A DNA stretch of 63,714 nt, the filler included, from Collodictyon triciliatum (lineage: Eukaryota): assembly GCA_043381765.1 (NCBI GenBank). It is 6 parts of 5 records of this genome, joined end to end, with 100 filler letters (N's around TTAATTAATTAA, not from the genome) between each part and the next. Parts side by side here need not be neighbours in the genome. Positions count along the whole stretch, not along the records: positions 11,142 to 37,271 come from JBHJMP010000919.1; positions 37,372 to 47,451 come from JBHJMP010000920.1; 4 more parts are not named here. The stretch is one strand, 5' to 3'. The translations under genes and the position numbers were made by a program. Numbering within the stretch: position 1 is the stretch's first letter; each line of letters opens with the position of its first letter. A model generated the notes under the pieces. The model was given only the letters and a program-made list of their open reading frames with translations, was not told the origin of the DNA and did not search any database. Shown here in pieces: positions 30,102 through 40,600 of this stretch.

Positions 30102-32960
30102 ATGACGCTTGATCTATCGATTTTTACATACGGCTACGGAGATGCCATGTATTATATTCTAAACGGTATTGCGATGATCATGAACAAGAAAGGCTTTATG
30201 GTGATGATCAGGAGTGTTGCCGTTGTAAGTATCATGATATCGGCAGTAGTATGGTCGACTAATCGTAGTATGGGAATCAGTGAGCGACCGGTGATTATAA
30301 GAATCATGGCGTTATATTTTGTTATTAACGGTTTACTTACACCAAAGATGAGTATAAAGATGGAGGACAGGGTTTCAAAGAATATTGAGGTAGTAGATAA
30401 TTTACCGTTTTTGTTTATTCCGGTCGGTTGGCTCGAAGGAGTAGGGGATATGCTAGCGGGCGCTTTAGAGCAGGCAATAAGGCCGGTAATGAAGTCAGAC
30501 AGTTTTGAGTATCGCAATTATGGACTGGCATTTGGGGCCCAGATGCAGAGGGAAGCAAAACACTGGCGCATCAGATCGCCGGAGTTCAATCGAAACATGC
30601 ATAATTTCCTGGATAAATGCATAAAATATACTGCCGGGATTGGTCACAAATATACGATAAACGATTTACATAACGCCCCGGATGTATGGAAACTGGTTAG
30701 TGAAAATGCCGGCGGTATGTCAAGGGTAGGTTTTGTTGTGGGCGGTAAATATCAGAGCATGAAGTGTCATGAAGCAGCAAAATTAATAGAAGAAAGATAT
30801 TTTCCGGAGGAATATGAATCAATAATCGGTAGGTATGCAAATTCTTTATTTGCAAGAGCCAGCGGTAGCGAGCCAAGTAAAAGGCCATATGATAAGGAAC
30901 TTGCCAAAAAGACCTTTGCCTCAAATCTGGAAGCGGTATTTTCAGGATTTGCCGAAACCGGAAATGCCAAAGATATTATTATTCAGCAAATGATGCTTAC
31001 TGCTATGGCTAATAAGAATAGCGTCAGTAAATACGGAGTAGCAACGGCAAGAGCAAGTCAGGATACGATCTGGGCAATTACGGCGGAACTGGCGCAGGAT
31101 ACGCTACCGATACTGTTTACTCTGGTAAAATGCATGCTTTATGCATCGGTAGTACTTTTGGCACCGATGATGTTACTACCCGGAGGACTTCGTTATTACC
31201 GGACATTTTTGCTCGGGGTATGTTCGGTGCAGTTATGGCCGTTTTTCTATGCAATACTGAATATGTTTGTAGAGATGTATACTAGCATCAGCGTTTTCGG
31301 TCTTGATAACGGGATAATAAATTATACGACTTACAGTCAGGTAGGTCATAGTGCCGATAGGATAGCAGCAATAGCAGGTAGCATGCAGATAATGATACCC
31401 TATATTGCATATCAGGCAGTTGCCGGGTCTGCAGGCGGTCTTATGCATTTAAGCGGTCAGGTAATGGGGCAAAGCGCTGCTTCAACTGCGGCAGAAGAAC
31501 ATGTCAAAGGTCGTATAAGTATTAATACCGTAGCTATTGATACGATGCAACGGGCTACCCAAACGGCCCTCAAAACTGATTTTAACAGGCAATTATCGGC
31601 GGGTAGTTCGGTAATCAGTCAGTTAGACGGCTCGCAGGAACGTATTACGCCGGACGGTCATATCCATCATTTAACGGGAGCCGGTCTTAACCTTGGTAGT
31701 TATACAAATAAAATAGACTTCCGCGGTGAGAAACTAAGTTCCGATCAGCGTGCATTAAACGAAGAGCAGCGGTATATCAGCAGTAAAGGTATGCAGTTAA
31801 ATGACGTACAGGCTACCCAGGAGACCTCAATGGAGAGTTATATTACCCAGCTGGCAAAACGTGTTGATAGCGGCGAGAAGATAAATTTCGGTACTCTCGG
31901 TAAAGACGGTCTGGTTCTTGAAAAAGCAGTCAATTATGAACTGACCCATGGTGAGGGATATAGCTATGATAAGGCTCAATCTAATGCGTTAAAAGGTGAT
32001 ATTACCGGTAAATTGGATGCAGGTACGGCTATCGGTAGTATGGTTAAGAAATTACCGATTCCTAATAAAGTGGGCGAATATGCCGGTAAGCTTCTGTCTA
32101 AAACCTTGCCTTTTGATCTTAGTGCTTCGGTTACGGGGAGTGCCGAGCTTAGTAGTACCAATACTCAAGTGCTGCAAAAAAACTCTAATGTCAGCGAAGG
32201 CGATCACTGGCGCAGTAATAAGGACGCCATAACGGAAGTTGCCAAAAATACCGACTTTAATAAAAGTATCGGTATAAATCATGAGTTAACCGACACTATT
32301 ACTTCTGCTTCCGAGAAGGTCAAAAATCTAACATCGGAGATCGGGGTACACCATGAAAGAGCAGAGAATATATCAAATCAGATCCAGCAAGTAGAGTCAT
32401 TTGGTGAGACCTTTAATATAGACGGTACTCATAAGGTAGAAGAGCGATTAAAAGCAATGGGTTTAAAAAGTAGGGAAGCACATGATTTAATAGAGAACCC
32501 GACATCGGCAACTCCGCATCAACGCCGGCAATTAAATCAAGCGAAGAGAGAGGTTGCCGATCAGTTATTCGGTAGCTTATACGGGGTACCAAATAGGGTA
32601 CCGGAAGTAATTAGTGCAAAGGAACAGAACCTCGAAACAAAATATGACAACGAATCTGCTGCTTTAAAGAAAAAAGGAGAACAGGAGATTGCAGCAAGAA
32701 AAACTACAGAGCAGGCCGCATTAAATAATAGGGCTCAAGCAGAAGGACTTGATAGAAACAGAGTGCAGAATCAGCTTGATATAAATGAACTAGAGCTAAA
32801 CAGGAAGCATAAGAAAATGACCCAGGAGGTACAAAGTCAAGCGGGTAAGAAATTGACACAGCTCAAAGACAGGCAAACTAAACAAGCCCAAGCAGTGCAG
32901 GAAGCTGATAAATCAAGGTGGTTTAGAAATTATGTAGGTAAAAAACCACCAAAAGAATAA
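30102..32960 (+). CDS. traG: TraG (mating-pair stabilisation)
   Basis: IFTYGYG...ILNGIA, VDNLP, GLAFGA, QLWPFFYAILN TM block and a long hydrophilic C-terminus. Confidence 0.92.
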   Translation: MTLDLSIFTYGYGDAMYYILNGIAMIMNKKGFMVMIRSVAVVSIMISAVVWSTNRSMGISERPVIIRIMALYFVINGLLTPKMSIKMEDRVSKNIEVVDNLPFLFIPVGWLEGVGDMLAGALEQAIRPVMKSDSFEYRNYGLAFGAQMQREAKHWRIRSPEFNRNMHNFLDKCIKYTAGIGHKYTINDLHNAPDVWKLVSENAGGMSRVGFVVGGKYQSMKCHEAAKLIEERYFPEEYESIIGRYANSLFARASGSEPSKRPYDKELAKKTFASNLEAVFSGFAETGNAKDIIIQQMMLTAMANKNSVSKYGVATARASQDTIWAITAELAQDTLPILFTLVKCMLYASVVLLAPMMLLPGGLRYYRTFLLGVCSVQLWPFFYAILNMFVEMYTSISVFGLDNGIINYTTYSQVGHSADRIAAIAGSMQIMIPYIAYQAVAGSAGGLMHLSGQVMGQSAASTAAEEHVKGRISINTVAIDTMQRATQTALKTDFNRQLSAGSSVISQLDGSQERITPDGHIHHLTGAGLNLGSYTNKIDFRGEKLSSDQRALNEEQRYISSKGMQLNDVQATQETSMESYITQLAKRVDSGEKINFGTLGKDGLVLEKAVNYELTHGEGYSYDKAQSNALKGDITGKLDAGTAIGSMVKKLPIPNKVGEYAGKLLSKTLPFDLSASVTGSAELSSTNTQVLQKNSNVSEGDHWRSNKDAITEVAKNTDFNKSIGINHELTDTITSASEKVKNLTSEIGVHHERAENISNQIQQVESFGETFNIDGTHKVEERLKAMGLKSREAHDLIENPTSATPHQRRQLNQAKREVADQLFGSLYGVPNRVPEVISAKEQNLETKYDNESAALKKKGEQEIAARKTTEQAALNNRAQAEGLDRNRVQNQLDINELELNRKHKKMTQEVQSQAGKKLTQLKDRQTKQAQAVQEADKSRWFRNYVGKKPPKE

Positions 32961-32965
32961 GAGTT

Positions 32966-33553
32966 TTATTTACGCATTCGGTGATAAATATTGCTTAACA
33001 GGTAACTACGTGAGGGGGAATAATACATCTTTTTATGTAAATCACTGCTAGAGGGGGTATGAGAAATTTTTTTATCGTTTGGTGTAAATAAAACCTCATA
33101 ATAATCCCAGGCTTTGGCATTAAAGAAAGCTGAGACAGGAATGTTATTTTTTATAAAGTATGACATTGGTAATCCAAGGAGAGCAAATATGATTAAAGAA
33201 GTAACAATTTCACCAGGAGCAAATACGTTACCTATAATTACCATGATAATGACAGATATAATAAAACAACTTTTAACATAATCAAATTCAAAAGGTAAGT
33301 GCATGGAAAGTGATTTTCCCCGTTTATTAAAAACTTTTACTTCATTTAAAGGAGTATCTCCTTTGCTAGAAGGATCAAAATATATGTTATTAAATTTAGC
33401 TAGTATGTACGGGACTAAGGTAAAAGAGCTAATAAGGCCGCAAAAACTACCATATTCAGAAGATATATATACGGATACAGGCATGGCAATCCAAGTCAAG
33501 ATGTTCCAGAAATTATCGATTGATATTATTGATCTTTTTGGAGAATCACTCAT
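32966..33553 (-). CDS. Multi-TM membrane protein convergent with traG (candidate entry-exclusion protein)
   Basis: 195 aa, about 4 hydrophobic segments, stop 5 nt from the traG stop; AT-rich. The function is inferred from position only. Confidence 0.55.
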   Translation of the reverse strand: MSDSPKRSIISIDNFWNILTWIAMPVSVYISSEYGSFCGLISSFTLVPYILAKFNNIYFDPSSKGDTPLNEVKVFNKRGKSLSMHLPFEFDYVKSCFIISVIIMVIIGNVFAPGEIVTSLIIFALLGLPMSYFIKNNIPVSAFFNAKAWDYYEVLFTPNDKKISHTPSSSDLHKKMYYSPSRSYLLSNIYHRMRK

Positions 33554-33641
33554 AAGCGCCTTCTATTACTTTAGGTTCAAATTGTATGATTTTATTGTCT
33601 CAAAATTTCTAATTTTTTGCAAATGGATTAAGTTTACCTGC

Positions 33642-34136
33642 ATGAGTTTTCTAGTTCTGTTGTGTGCTCATTGCGCTAATGCGGATGAGACTGAGATTAT
33701 GCCCCTAAAAAATGAGCTCAAACGATTAATTGCCGAGCAGGAAGAACTAAACAAGATCCCTTCAGGATTACTGCTTGCAATTGCTACGGTAGAATCGGGT
33801 AGTGAGCCTTATGCCTTAAACATTCAAGGTAAGTCTGTAATTGGGAGGAATAAAACGGAAGTAGCAAATTTAATCCACGAGGCCCTAGCTAAAGGCATAA
33901 CGAATATTGATGTGGGAGTAATGCAGTTAAATATTAGATGGCACCAGGAGAATTTTGGGTCAATAGAAGAAATGCTAGAGCCGAAAAAGAATATAGAATA
34001 TGCGGCTAGTTTCCTTTTAACACTCTATAAGAAATACGGTGATTGGCATAAGGCGGTAAGATTCTATCACTCAAGTACGGCGGAGTATTACAGGAAATAT
34101 TCAAGGAAAATAACTTTAGCATGGATAGGTGGGTAG
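33642..34136 (+). CDS. Lytic transglycosylase (SLT/VirB1-like)
   Basis: LLAIATVES catalytic Glu, DVGVMQLN, NIEYAA.FL, AV..YHS. The start was reset to MSFLVLL because the longer ORF overlaps the opposite gene. Confidence 0.9.
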   Translation: MSFLVLLCAHCANADETEIMPLKNELKRLIAEQEELNKIPSGLLLAIATVESGSEPYALNIQGKSVIGRNKTEVANLIHEALAKGITNIDVGVMQLNIRWHQENFGSIEEMLEPKKNIEYAASFLLTLYKKYGDWHKAVRFYHSSTAEYYRKYSRKITLAWIGG

Positions 34137-34185
34137 AGCAGTAGTATGTTAGAGGTATCCCTAATAAAAGAAAAAGGAGTTATTT

Positions 34186-35319
34186 ATGATGATAGATAAG
34201 GTACAAAAGACAAAGAAAGTGAATATGAAACAGGAAAAAGCCGGTGAAGCTGGCTTAGAATTAACTACTGATATAGCTAGTATAGATAATATTTATCAAC
34301 GCATAGCAAAATATTTGCAAACAGTTCAATATACAATATTACAGACTATTAATACAGAAATGGTATTGGTTTATTGTAAAATTGGAAAAGAAATCATTGA
34401 GCATGAACAGTATGGTGAATCAAGAGCAGCTTATGGAGAAGAATTAATCCGTAAACTTTCAGAAAAACTTACCAAAGAGTTTGGTAAGGGTTATTCTGTT
34501 TCGAATTTACGTAATATGAGGCAATTTTATCTAAGTTATCAGGATGAGATTCACCAGACGGCGTCTGGTGAATTGTTGTTTATTCCAAAAGTATCATGGT
34601 CAAAGTACTGTTTATTGACGCAGGTAAAAAATAGGGAAGCAAGAGCATTTTATGAGCAGGAAGCATTAAATAACAAATGGTCAGTAAGAGAATTAGACAG
34701 ACAAATAGGTAGTTTGCTTTACGAAAGACTGGCAAAAAGCAAGGATAAACAAGGGTTAATGAATCTTAGCATTAAGGGGCAAGAAATTGAGAAACCGGAA
34801 GATGCCATAAAAGATCCAATCATTTTAGAGTTTCTTAATATTCCGGAAGCTTATCAAATGGTCGAAAGTAAACTGGAGGAAGCTTTAATAACAAATCTCC
34901 AGCATTTTTTACTTGAGCTTGGAAAGGGGTTTGCTTTTGTAGCAAGGCAAAAGCGCATTACTTTAGACGGTAATAATTTTTATGCAGATCTGGTTTTTTA
35001 TCACACTATCCTTAAATGTTATATAATTACTGATATCAAGACCCATAAGCTTAATCACGGAGATCTTGGGCAGATACAATTTTATGTTAATTACTTTGAT
35101 GAGCACATAGCTACAGAAGGTGATAATCCAACAATTGGTCTTGTTCTGTGTACAGATAAAAGTGATGCCATGGTTAAATATACTTTGGGAACGCAGAATA
35201 CTCAGATTTTTGCTTCCAAATATCAATTTCATTTACCTACTGAAGCTGAATTAGCAGCGGAACTTAAAAAAGAAATCAAGGACATAAAATTGCGGATGAA
35301 AATCCCGAATTTAGAATAA
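34186..35319 (+). CDS. yhcG: YhcG/DUF1016 PD-(D/E)XK nuclease-domain protein
   Basis: FGKGYSVSNLRNMRQFY, WSVRELDRQI, IKDP.ILEFL, FLLELGKGFAFVARQ, GQ.QFYVNY, DNPTIGLVLC. Confidence 0.92.
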   Translation: MMIDKVQKTKKVNMKQEKAGEAGLELTTDIASIDNIYQRIAKYLQTVQYTILQTINTEMVLVYCKIGKEIIEHEQYGESRAAYGEELIRKLSEKLTKEFGKGYSVSNLRNMRQFYLSYQDEIHQTASGELLFIPKVSWSKYCLLTQVKNREARAFYEQEALNNKWSVRELDRQIGSLLYERLAKSKDKQGLMNLSIKGQEIEKPEDAIKDPIILEFLNIPEAYQMVESKLEEALITNLQHFLLELGKGFAFVARQKRITLDGNNFYADLVFYHTILKCYIITDIKTHKLNHGDLGQIQFYVNYFDEHIATEGDNPTIGLVLCTDKSDAMVKYTLGTQNTQIFASKYQFHLPTEAELAAELKKEIKDIKLRMKIPNLE

Positions 35320-35338
35320 GCAAGTAATTAAAACGGTT

Positions 35339-37201
35339 ATGAGTAAAGTAGTTGGAAACCTGATCAGCGGCGGTCAAATATTCATCCATCAGATTGCCAT
35401 GTTCAAGCAGATAGCAAACAAGGCGGTAAGCGTATCGTTTTTATTATCCCTGGCCTTAAGCAGCTGGTTTATCCGGGATCAGTTCAATAATGTTTCATGG
35501 CATCCTGCTCTAACATACTGGCGGGGTATTATCATGTACGAAACAGACAAGGCTGTTGATCTGTTATTTCCAGGCAGGCCGATTGGTAAAATTGATATCA
35601 GTACCGATCATCGTCAGATAAGAGAGGTAAGGCTTGATTACTTTGTAAGGGATGGATACTACATCAGACATGGAGAGGCATTAAAATCCCTGGTAATAAC
35701 CTTTGTTATTTACAACCTGATAGGGATAAAGTGTTTTCTGATAATAATTTTCATTGGCTGGGGGAGAATAGGAAAATCAACTAAAAAAACCCTGCAGCTA
35801 AGCGGTAGTACAATCAAAACGGCTCAGGAAATAGCAAGTATATTAAGAAGTAAGAAAAAGGCAAGTGACATAATAATTGCCGGTATGCCATTGCTGAAGG
35901 ATTCTGAAACTAAAGGAATATTGATTACCGGTGCCAACGGTTCAGGTAAGACCAACTATTTACACGAGATATTGCCGCAAATCAGAAAAAGGAAACAACC
36001 TGCTATGGTAATTGATTTGGAAGGAGGGATGATTGCTCGATATTACCGCCCGGGATACGATATTATCATCAATCCTTTTGATGAGAGAACACATTGCTGG
36101 GATTTTCAGAAAGAGGTGCTGGAGAAGGAAGATCTTGACGCAATTGCCCATTCATTATTTGCCGGTGCCGGCAAGGATTCATCGGAAGTAAATAAATTAT
36201 TTGCCAACTGGTCTACGGATTTATTTATCTGTAGCGTAGAGCATTTAAAAAATAATTCCAGACTGACTACTAAAAATCTTTATGAAATGATTCACCTTGA
36301 TACATCTTCGGCACTCATGAAAAAACTGAAGGGAACATCTGCTGCTACCATAATGGATTTAAATAATGAGAAGAATGTTACTGCTCATAATATCAGAAGT
36401 ACGGCTATGGCATATACCAAGTGGCTTGAACTTGTTGATGAGAATGTAACGTCCGATAGAAAGATATGTTTCAGGGATTATTTCAGGAACCTTGATAGGG
36501 AAGGTGACCGCTGGATATTCTTAACTGCCGGTACAAAGCATGCAAGGGTACTACTTCCCTTGATTTCGTTACTACTTGATGTAGCTGTAATGTCTCTTAT
36601 GGAACAAGGTGAAGATTTAAACCGCAGGTACTGGTTTGTGATGGATGAACTGGCTGCGCTAAACAGATTGCCGGCTCTGGAGGTTTATATTACCCGCCTT
36701 AGAAAATACGGCGGATGCTTACTTGCTGCTACCCAGAGCTTCAAACAGTTTTATACAAAATATGGAAGAGATGCGGGTAACATAATGCTCTCACAGTTTA
36801 ATACCAATATTGTCTGCAGGATTAATGACCCGGAAGAAGCAGCAATGATTATGAAACAGGTGGGTAATATTGAATACAGCAAAAAACAGAAGAATATATC
36901 ATTTGGTGCTCATGAACATAGGGATGGAGAGAGCTATACCGATCAGGAGCGTACCAAGCCGCTGATTGATATTAAGGATTTTAAGCTTTTGAATCCTTTG
37001 GAAGCGTATGTACTGCTTCCGGAAGCAGAAGTTGCAATCGGTAGGATCAAGTCTGAAATACAGGTTATACCTAAAAATCTGCAACCGTTTTTTATTCCAA
37101 AATCAAATGAAGGAAAAATATTACCCGGTTCCAAAACTGCAAAAAAAACCTTAAAGAAAAAGGAAAAAGCTGTAAGTAAAAAAATAAAGGTATCAAAGTG
37201 A
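35339..37201 (+). CDS. traD: Type IV coupling protein TraD (F-type)
   Basis: Two N-terminal TMs, GANGSGKT, INPFDER, WFVMDELAAL, RKYGGC..A.QS. Confidence 0.95.
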   Translation: MSKVVGNLISGGQIFIHQIAMFKQIANKAVSVSFLLSLALSSWFIRDQFNNVSWHPALTYWRGIIMYETDKAVDLLFPGRPIGKIDISTDHRQIREVRLDYFVRDGYYIRHGEALKSLVITFVIYNLIGIKCFLIIIFIGWGRIGKSTKKTLQLSGSTIKTAQEIASILRSKKKASDIIIAGMPLLKDSETKGILITGANGSGKTNYLHEILPQIRKRKQPAMVIDLEGGMIARYYRPGYDIIINPFDERTHCWDFQKEVLEKEDLDAIAHSLFAGAGKDSSEVNKLFANWSTDLFICSVEHLKNNSRLTTKNLYEMIHLDTSSALMKKLKGTSAATIMDLNNEKNVTAHNIRSTAMAYTKWLELVDENVTSDRKICFRDYFRNLDREGDRWIFLTAGTKHARVLLPLISLLLDVAVMSLMEQGEDLNRRYWFVMDELAALNRLPALEVYITRLRKYGGCLLAATQSFKQFYTKYGRDAGNIMLSQFNTNIVCRINDPEEAAMIMKQVGNIEYSKKQKNISFGAHEHRDGESYTDQERTKPLIDIKDFKLLNPLEAYVLLPEAEVAIGRIKSEIQVIPKNLQPFFIPKSNEGKILPGSKTAKKTLKKKEKAVSKKIKVSK

Positions 37202-37371
37202 TTTAATTTAAGTACCCGTAATAGTAGTCAAGAAATTTTTATGAGTCAATCATAAACTTTGTGTAAGTTTTNNNNNNNNNNNNNNNNNNNNNNNNNNNNN
37301 NNNNNNNNNNNNNNNTTAATTAATTAANNNNNNNNNNNNNNNNNNNNNNNNNNNNNNNNNNNNNNNNNNNN

Positions 37372-37665
37372 AACCAATAACCAATAACCAATAACCAATA
37401 ACCAATAACCAATAACCAATAACCAATAACCAATAACCAATAACCAATAACCAATAACCAATAACCAATAGCCAAAAATGAAAAAAACCCCAAAAAAACG
37501 AAAAACAAAACAAAACAAAAAAACGAAAAACAAAAAACGAAAAACAAAAAACGAAAAACAAAAAACGAAAAACAAAAAACGAAAAACAAAAAACGAAAAA
37601 CAAAAAACAAAAACAAAAACAAAAACAAAAACAAAAACAAAAACAAAAAAACAAAAAAAAAACCA
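37372..37665. repeat. Microsatellite (AACCAAT)n followed by A/C-rich simple repeats
   Basis: Read directly from sequence; at a contig end. Confidence 0.95.
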
Positions 37666-37684
37666 AAGCAAAATAATATTCACC

Positions 37685-40600
37685 TTCACTAAATTTCCAC
37701 CGAGGAGTATTTGACCAGGTAACGCTAAGAAGCTCAAGATTTTGGCATGCTCAATCACCTTTTTTTTTATTACATAGTAAAAGAGGCGGATGTAATTTTT
37801 TTTTATTTTTGTGTTGAGTAAATTGAATATAATCTCGAAACAATGCACCAGTAAATCAAAAAACCTTTTCTGATGCATCAGAGGCCTTAAAGGGATTGGA
37901 TATCGCACATAGACCACTATCAATCCCCTAGATTCGAAATACAATATTTATTTTTGAATAAGATTGACATCAATATTAGCCACTGAAGTAAATCACAGAT
38001 TATTTTACCATAGAAACCAAAGAACAGCATGATTCTGTAAGATTGGATCCATTCATGGAGCTCAAATGTTTTACTACATTACATGGCCACACCACTTGTC
38101 TCAATTCTTTTTGAAGTTCGACACAAAAACTAATGTTAATTGTTTGTAAGATCTTAATTCAAAAATGACAGCAAATTCAAAAAATCCATTGAAATAAGTT
38201 GCTTACCGAATAGACGATAAGTGCGAAATAAATCTTGCCACCAAATGTATCGAGTTACGTCGAATCTCGAAGCCGTCCATTAATATTAGAGCCTAATCAG
38301 TTGTCGTTTGTGTTTCAGATGGTATGAAATTAAAAAAAGCTTTTTTTTTTTAAAAAAAAACAATAACATAGATATTACCCTGCTGATTAGATTATGTAGC
38401 AACAGTATCATCTCCATAACTTCATCAGGAAAATAGTGCCACAATTGTTCCAAATGGTTGAATTTTAAAACCAAGACATATATGCGATCTTTTCTTTTGA
38501 AATGATTAGCATCTTCGCTTCGAATACGAGGCTATTCGTATCAAAGACTGTGTTGAGTTTCAAATTAAGATGGATATTTTGGTATTCCTCATTTTCATAC
38601 TTTTATGTAGATTTTTTTTTAAAAAAAATAATTAAATCTGATTACTTTGAGTAACGATTTTTTCATCACTGATAGGTGCTCCTGCGATGAGTATTTAAAA
38701 TAATTAAGTTCATGATAATAGCAACATCACTATAGAATATGACTTGAGGCTTACAGACAGTTTTTCAACCACTAGGTCGAGGTGCATCCTTTTTGATGGT
38801 TCACGCACTATCAAAGCTTTAATTAAATCGTACTCTGTGCCAACTCCATCAAATTTGGAGAGGTCGATGCGGTCGGGAAGTTCATAAAAATTGTAAGGTT
38901 TGTTATCAACTGCCATATTCTTTGTCATAGTTTGAGTAATTATTTCCCAAAATACAACCCCTAGACTATACAAATCAGATTCGACCGAATAAATTCTGAG
39001 CTCCAAAACTTCCGGTGCTATCCATGTATTTGGCTTAAGTATGCCTCTTTGATCGGTGAATATGTCAACATCTTCGAGAGAGTTCCTATTTAGATATAGT
39101 CACACTAAGCACATTTTTTTAATTCCTTGCAAATAAAGTGTAAGATTCTCCCCTTCATTCGATTCAAAGTAAGTGAAAGATGAGGTTGACACTCATATAT
39201 ACAACCAACCATATCTTAGCTACGAGTTGAGAGCTAATCTATTTTTAAAACAGCATTTTAATTCTGTGAATATTGGCAAAAAAATCACTGGGCTGAAATT
39301 ATAGTTAATTTTATGCATTATTTCTTACAAATATAAAATAACTTGTAAGAATTTTCTGTAGTTTCAATGGTTGATACAAGTGCAAATATTTCAGGCCTAA
39401 ATTTTGCAAATTCCAAAGAGAAGTTCAGTTTTTTGTTTGTTTATTTGTTTGTTTATTTGTTTGTTTATTTGTTTGTTTATTTGTTTGTTTATTTGTTTGT
39501 TTATTTGTTTATTTATTTATTTGTTTGTTTGTTCGTTTGTTTTTGTTTATTTGCTTTTTTTAAAAAAAAATTATAGTGTACTGATCAAACAATTCAATAG
39601 CACAGAATACGATTAGTAAATTAAATAAATTAATCAAGTTACCTAATGAAATTTGGCGCATAAACTCTATTTTCTGGGATAAATGTACATATTTGCGAAT
39701 AGAAAGGTAACTGCGAAGGGTACCATACTCCATGCCTTCATATAGCATTGATATCGACTCTGGCTCGATAGATATGCCCAAGTAGAGCACCACGCATGGG
39801 TGTCGATAATTCCTATTTAAGTATATAAAGTTCTATACAATACAAAAATATATTCACCTATCATGATGCATTTGAATGGACGGGTACATCAACTCTTCAC
39901 TATTTCCTTTCAGTAAGTCCATTTGGGTTTGATTCAATCCTCTAATTTTGAATATTGTGGTGTATTGCTGTAAAGCTCTCCCTTCATAAACCTGTTGCAA
40001 TTTAAATATTAGGGGTTTACTAAGTTTTAATTCCTTAAAAAAAAAAAATAAGATGTACCTCTAGTAGCCTGGCCTCAAAAATTAGGGAGTGTATTTCTAT
40101 TTTATCTGGCTCAATAATTGCCAGTCTTTTTTCGGTTCTTATTTGGTATTGCTTCAAACGTCGGTAGTATTTCCACATTTTGATGCCCATAAAAATCGAA
40201 ATTACTCCCAAAAACCCGCAGGCAATATTTATGATTAATTTGCCTTCAACTCTATTTTTTTCTAATAATTATTTTCAATGAGGCTTTCGGTTGGTACTGT
40301 AGGTATCGAAATAGTATAAAATATATTTAATTACAGCTCACTTTTTTCCTCTCTTAGACCGTCTTCGCATGTCTTTGTATTTTATAGAAGTTAATATGAA
40401 TATATTTGGGTTTTCATGTTTCTATTAGCATGTGTCATTAAAATAAAAATATACATCAAAAGTGCACTTTTGGCATTCCCCAACAATCGTATCAAGGTAA
40501 GTCCCTTTCCTGCAGAAGCAGCCTTTTCTTTTATCAAAGAGGGCATCTTTAGCACACACTACAAATTAAATTTAATATAGTAAGGAGGATGAATTAAATA

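Larger units (their letters stand above)
13331..37201 (+). mobile_element. F-type conjugation cluster of a RAGE-like ICE or conjugative plasmid (no relaxase in window)
   Basis: Canonical F-type gene order. The contig ends 70 nt after traD. Confidence 0.88.

Noticed and set aside
33303-33641. N-terminal extension of the transglycosylase ORF
   Set aside because: It overlaps the antisense membrane gene. A signal-like start at 33642 gives a normal-sized SLT.
13091-37134. Short antisense ORFs within tra genes (e.g. 21522-21938, 29313-29834, 30152-30517)
   Set aside because: Shadow frames of well-supported genes, with no motifs.
37372-37470. (AACCAAT)n as a telomere
   Set aside because: It lies downstream of a splice donor within an unfinished gene, and many different simple repeats end contigs here, so it is best read as an intronic microsatellite.
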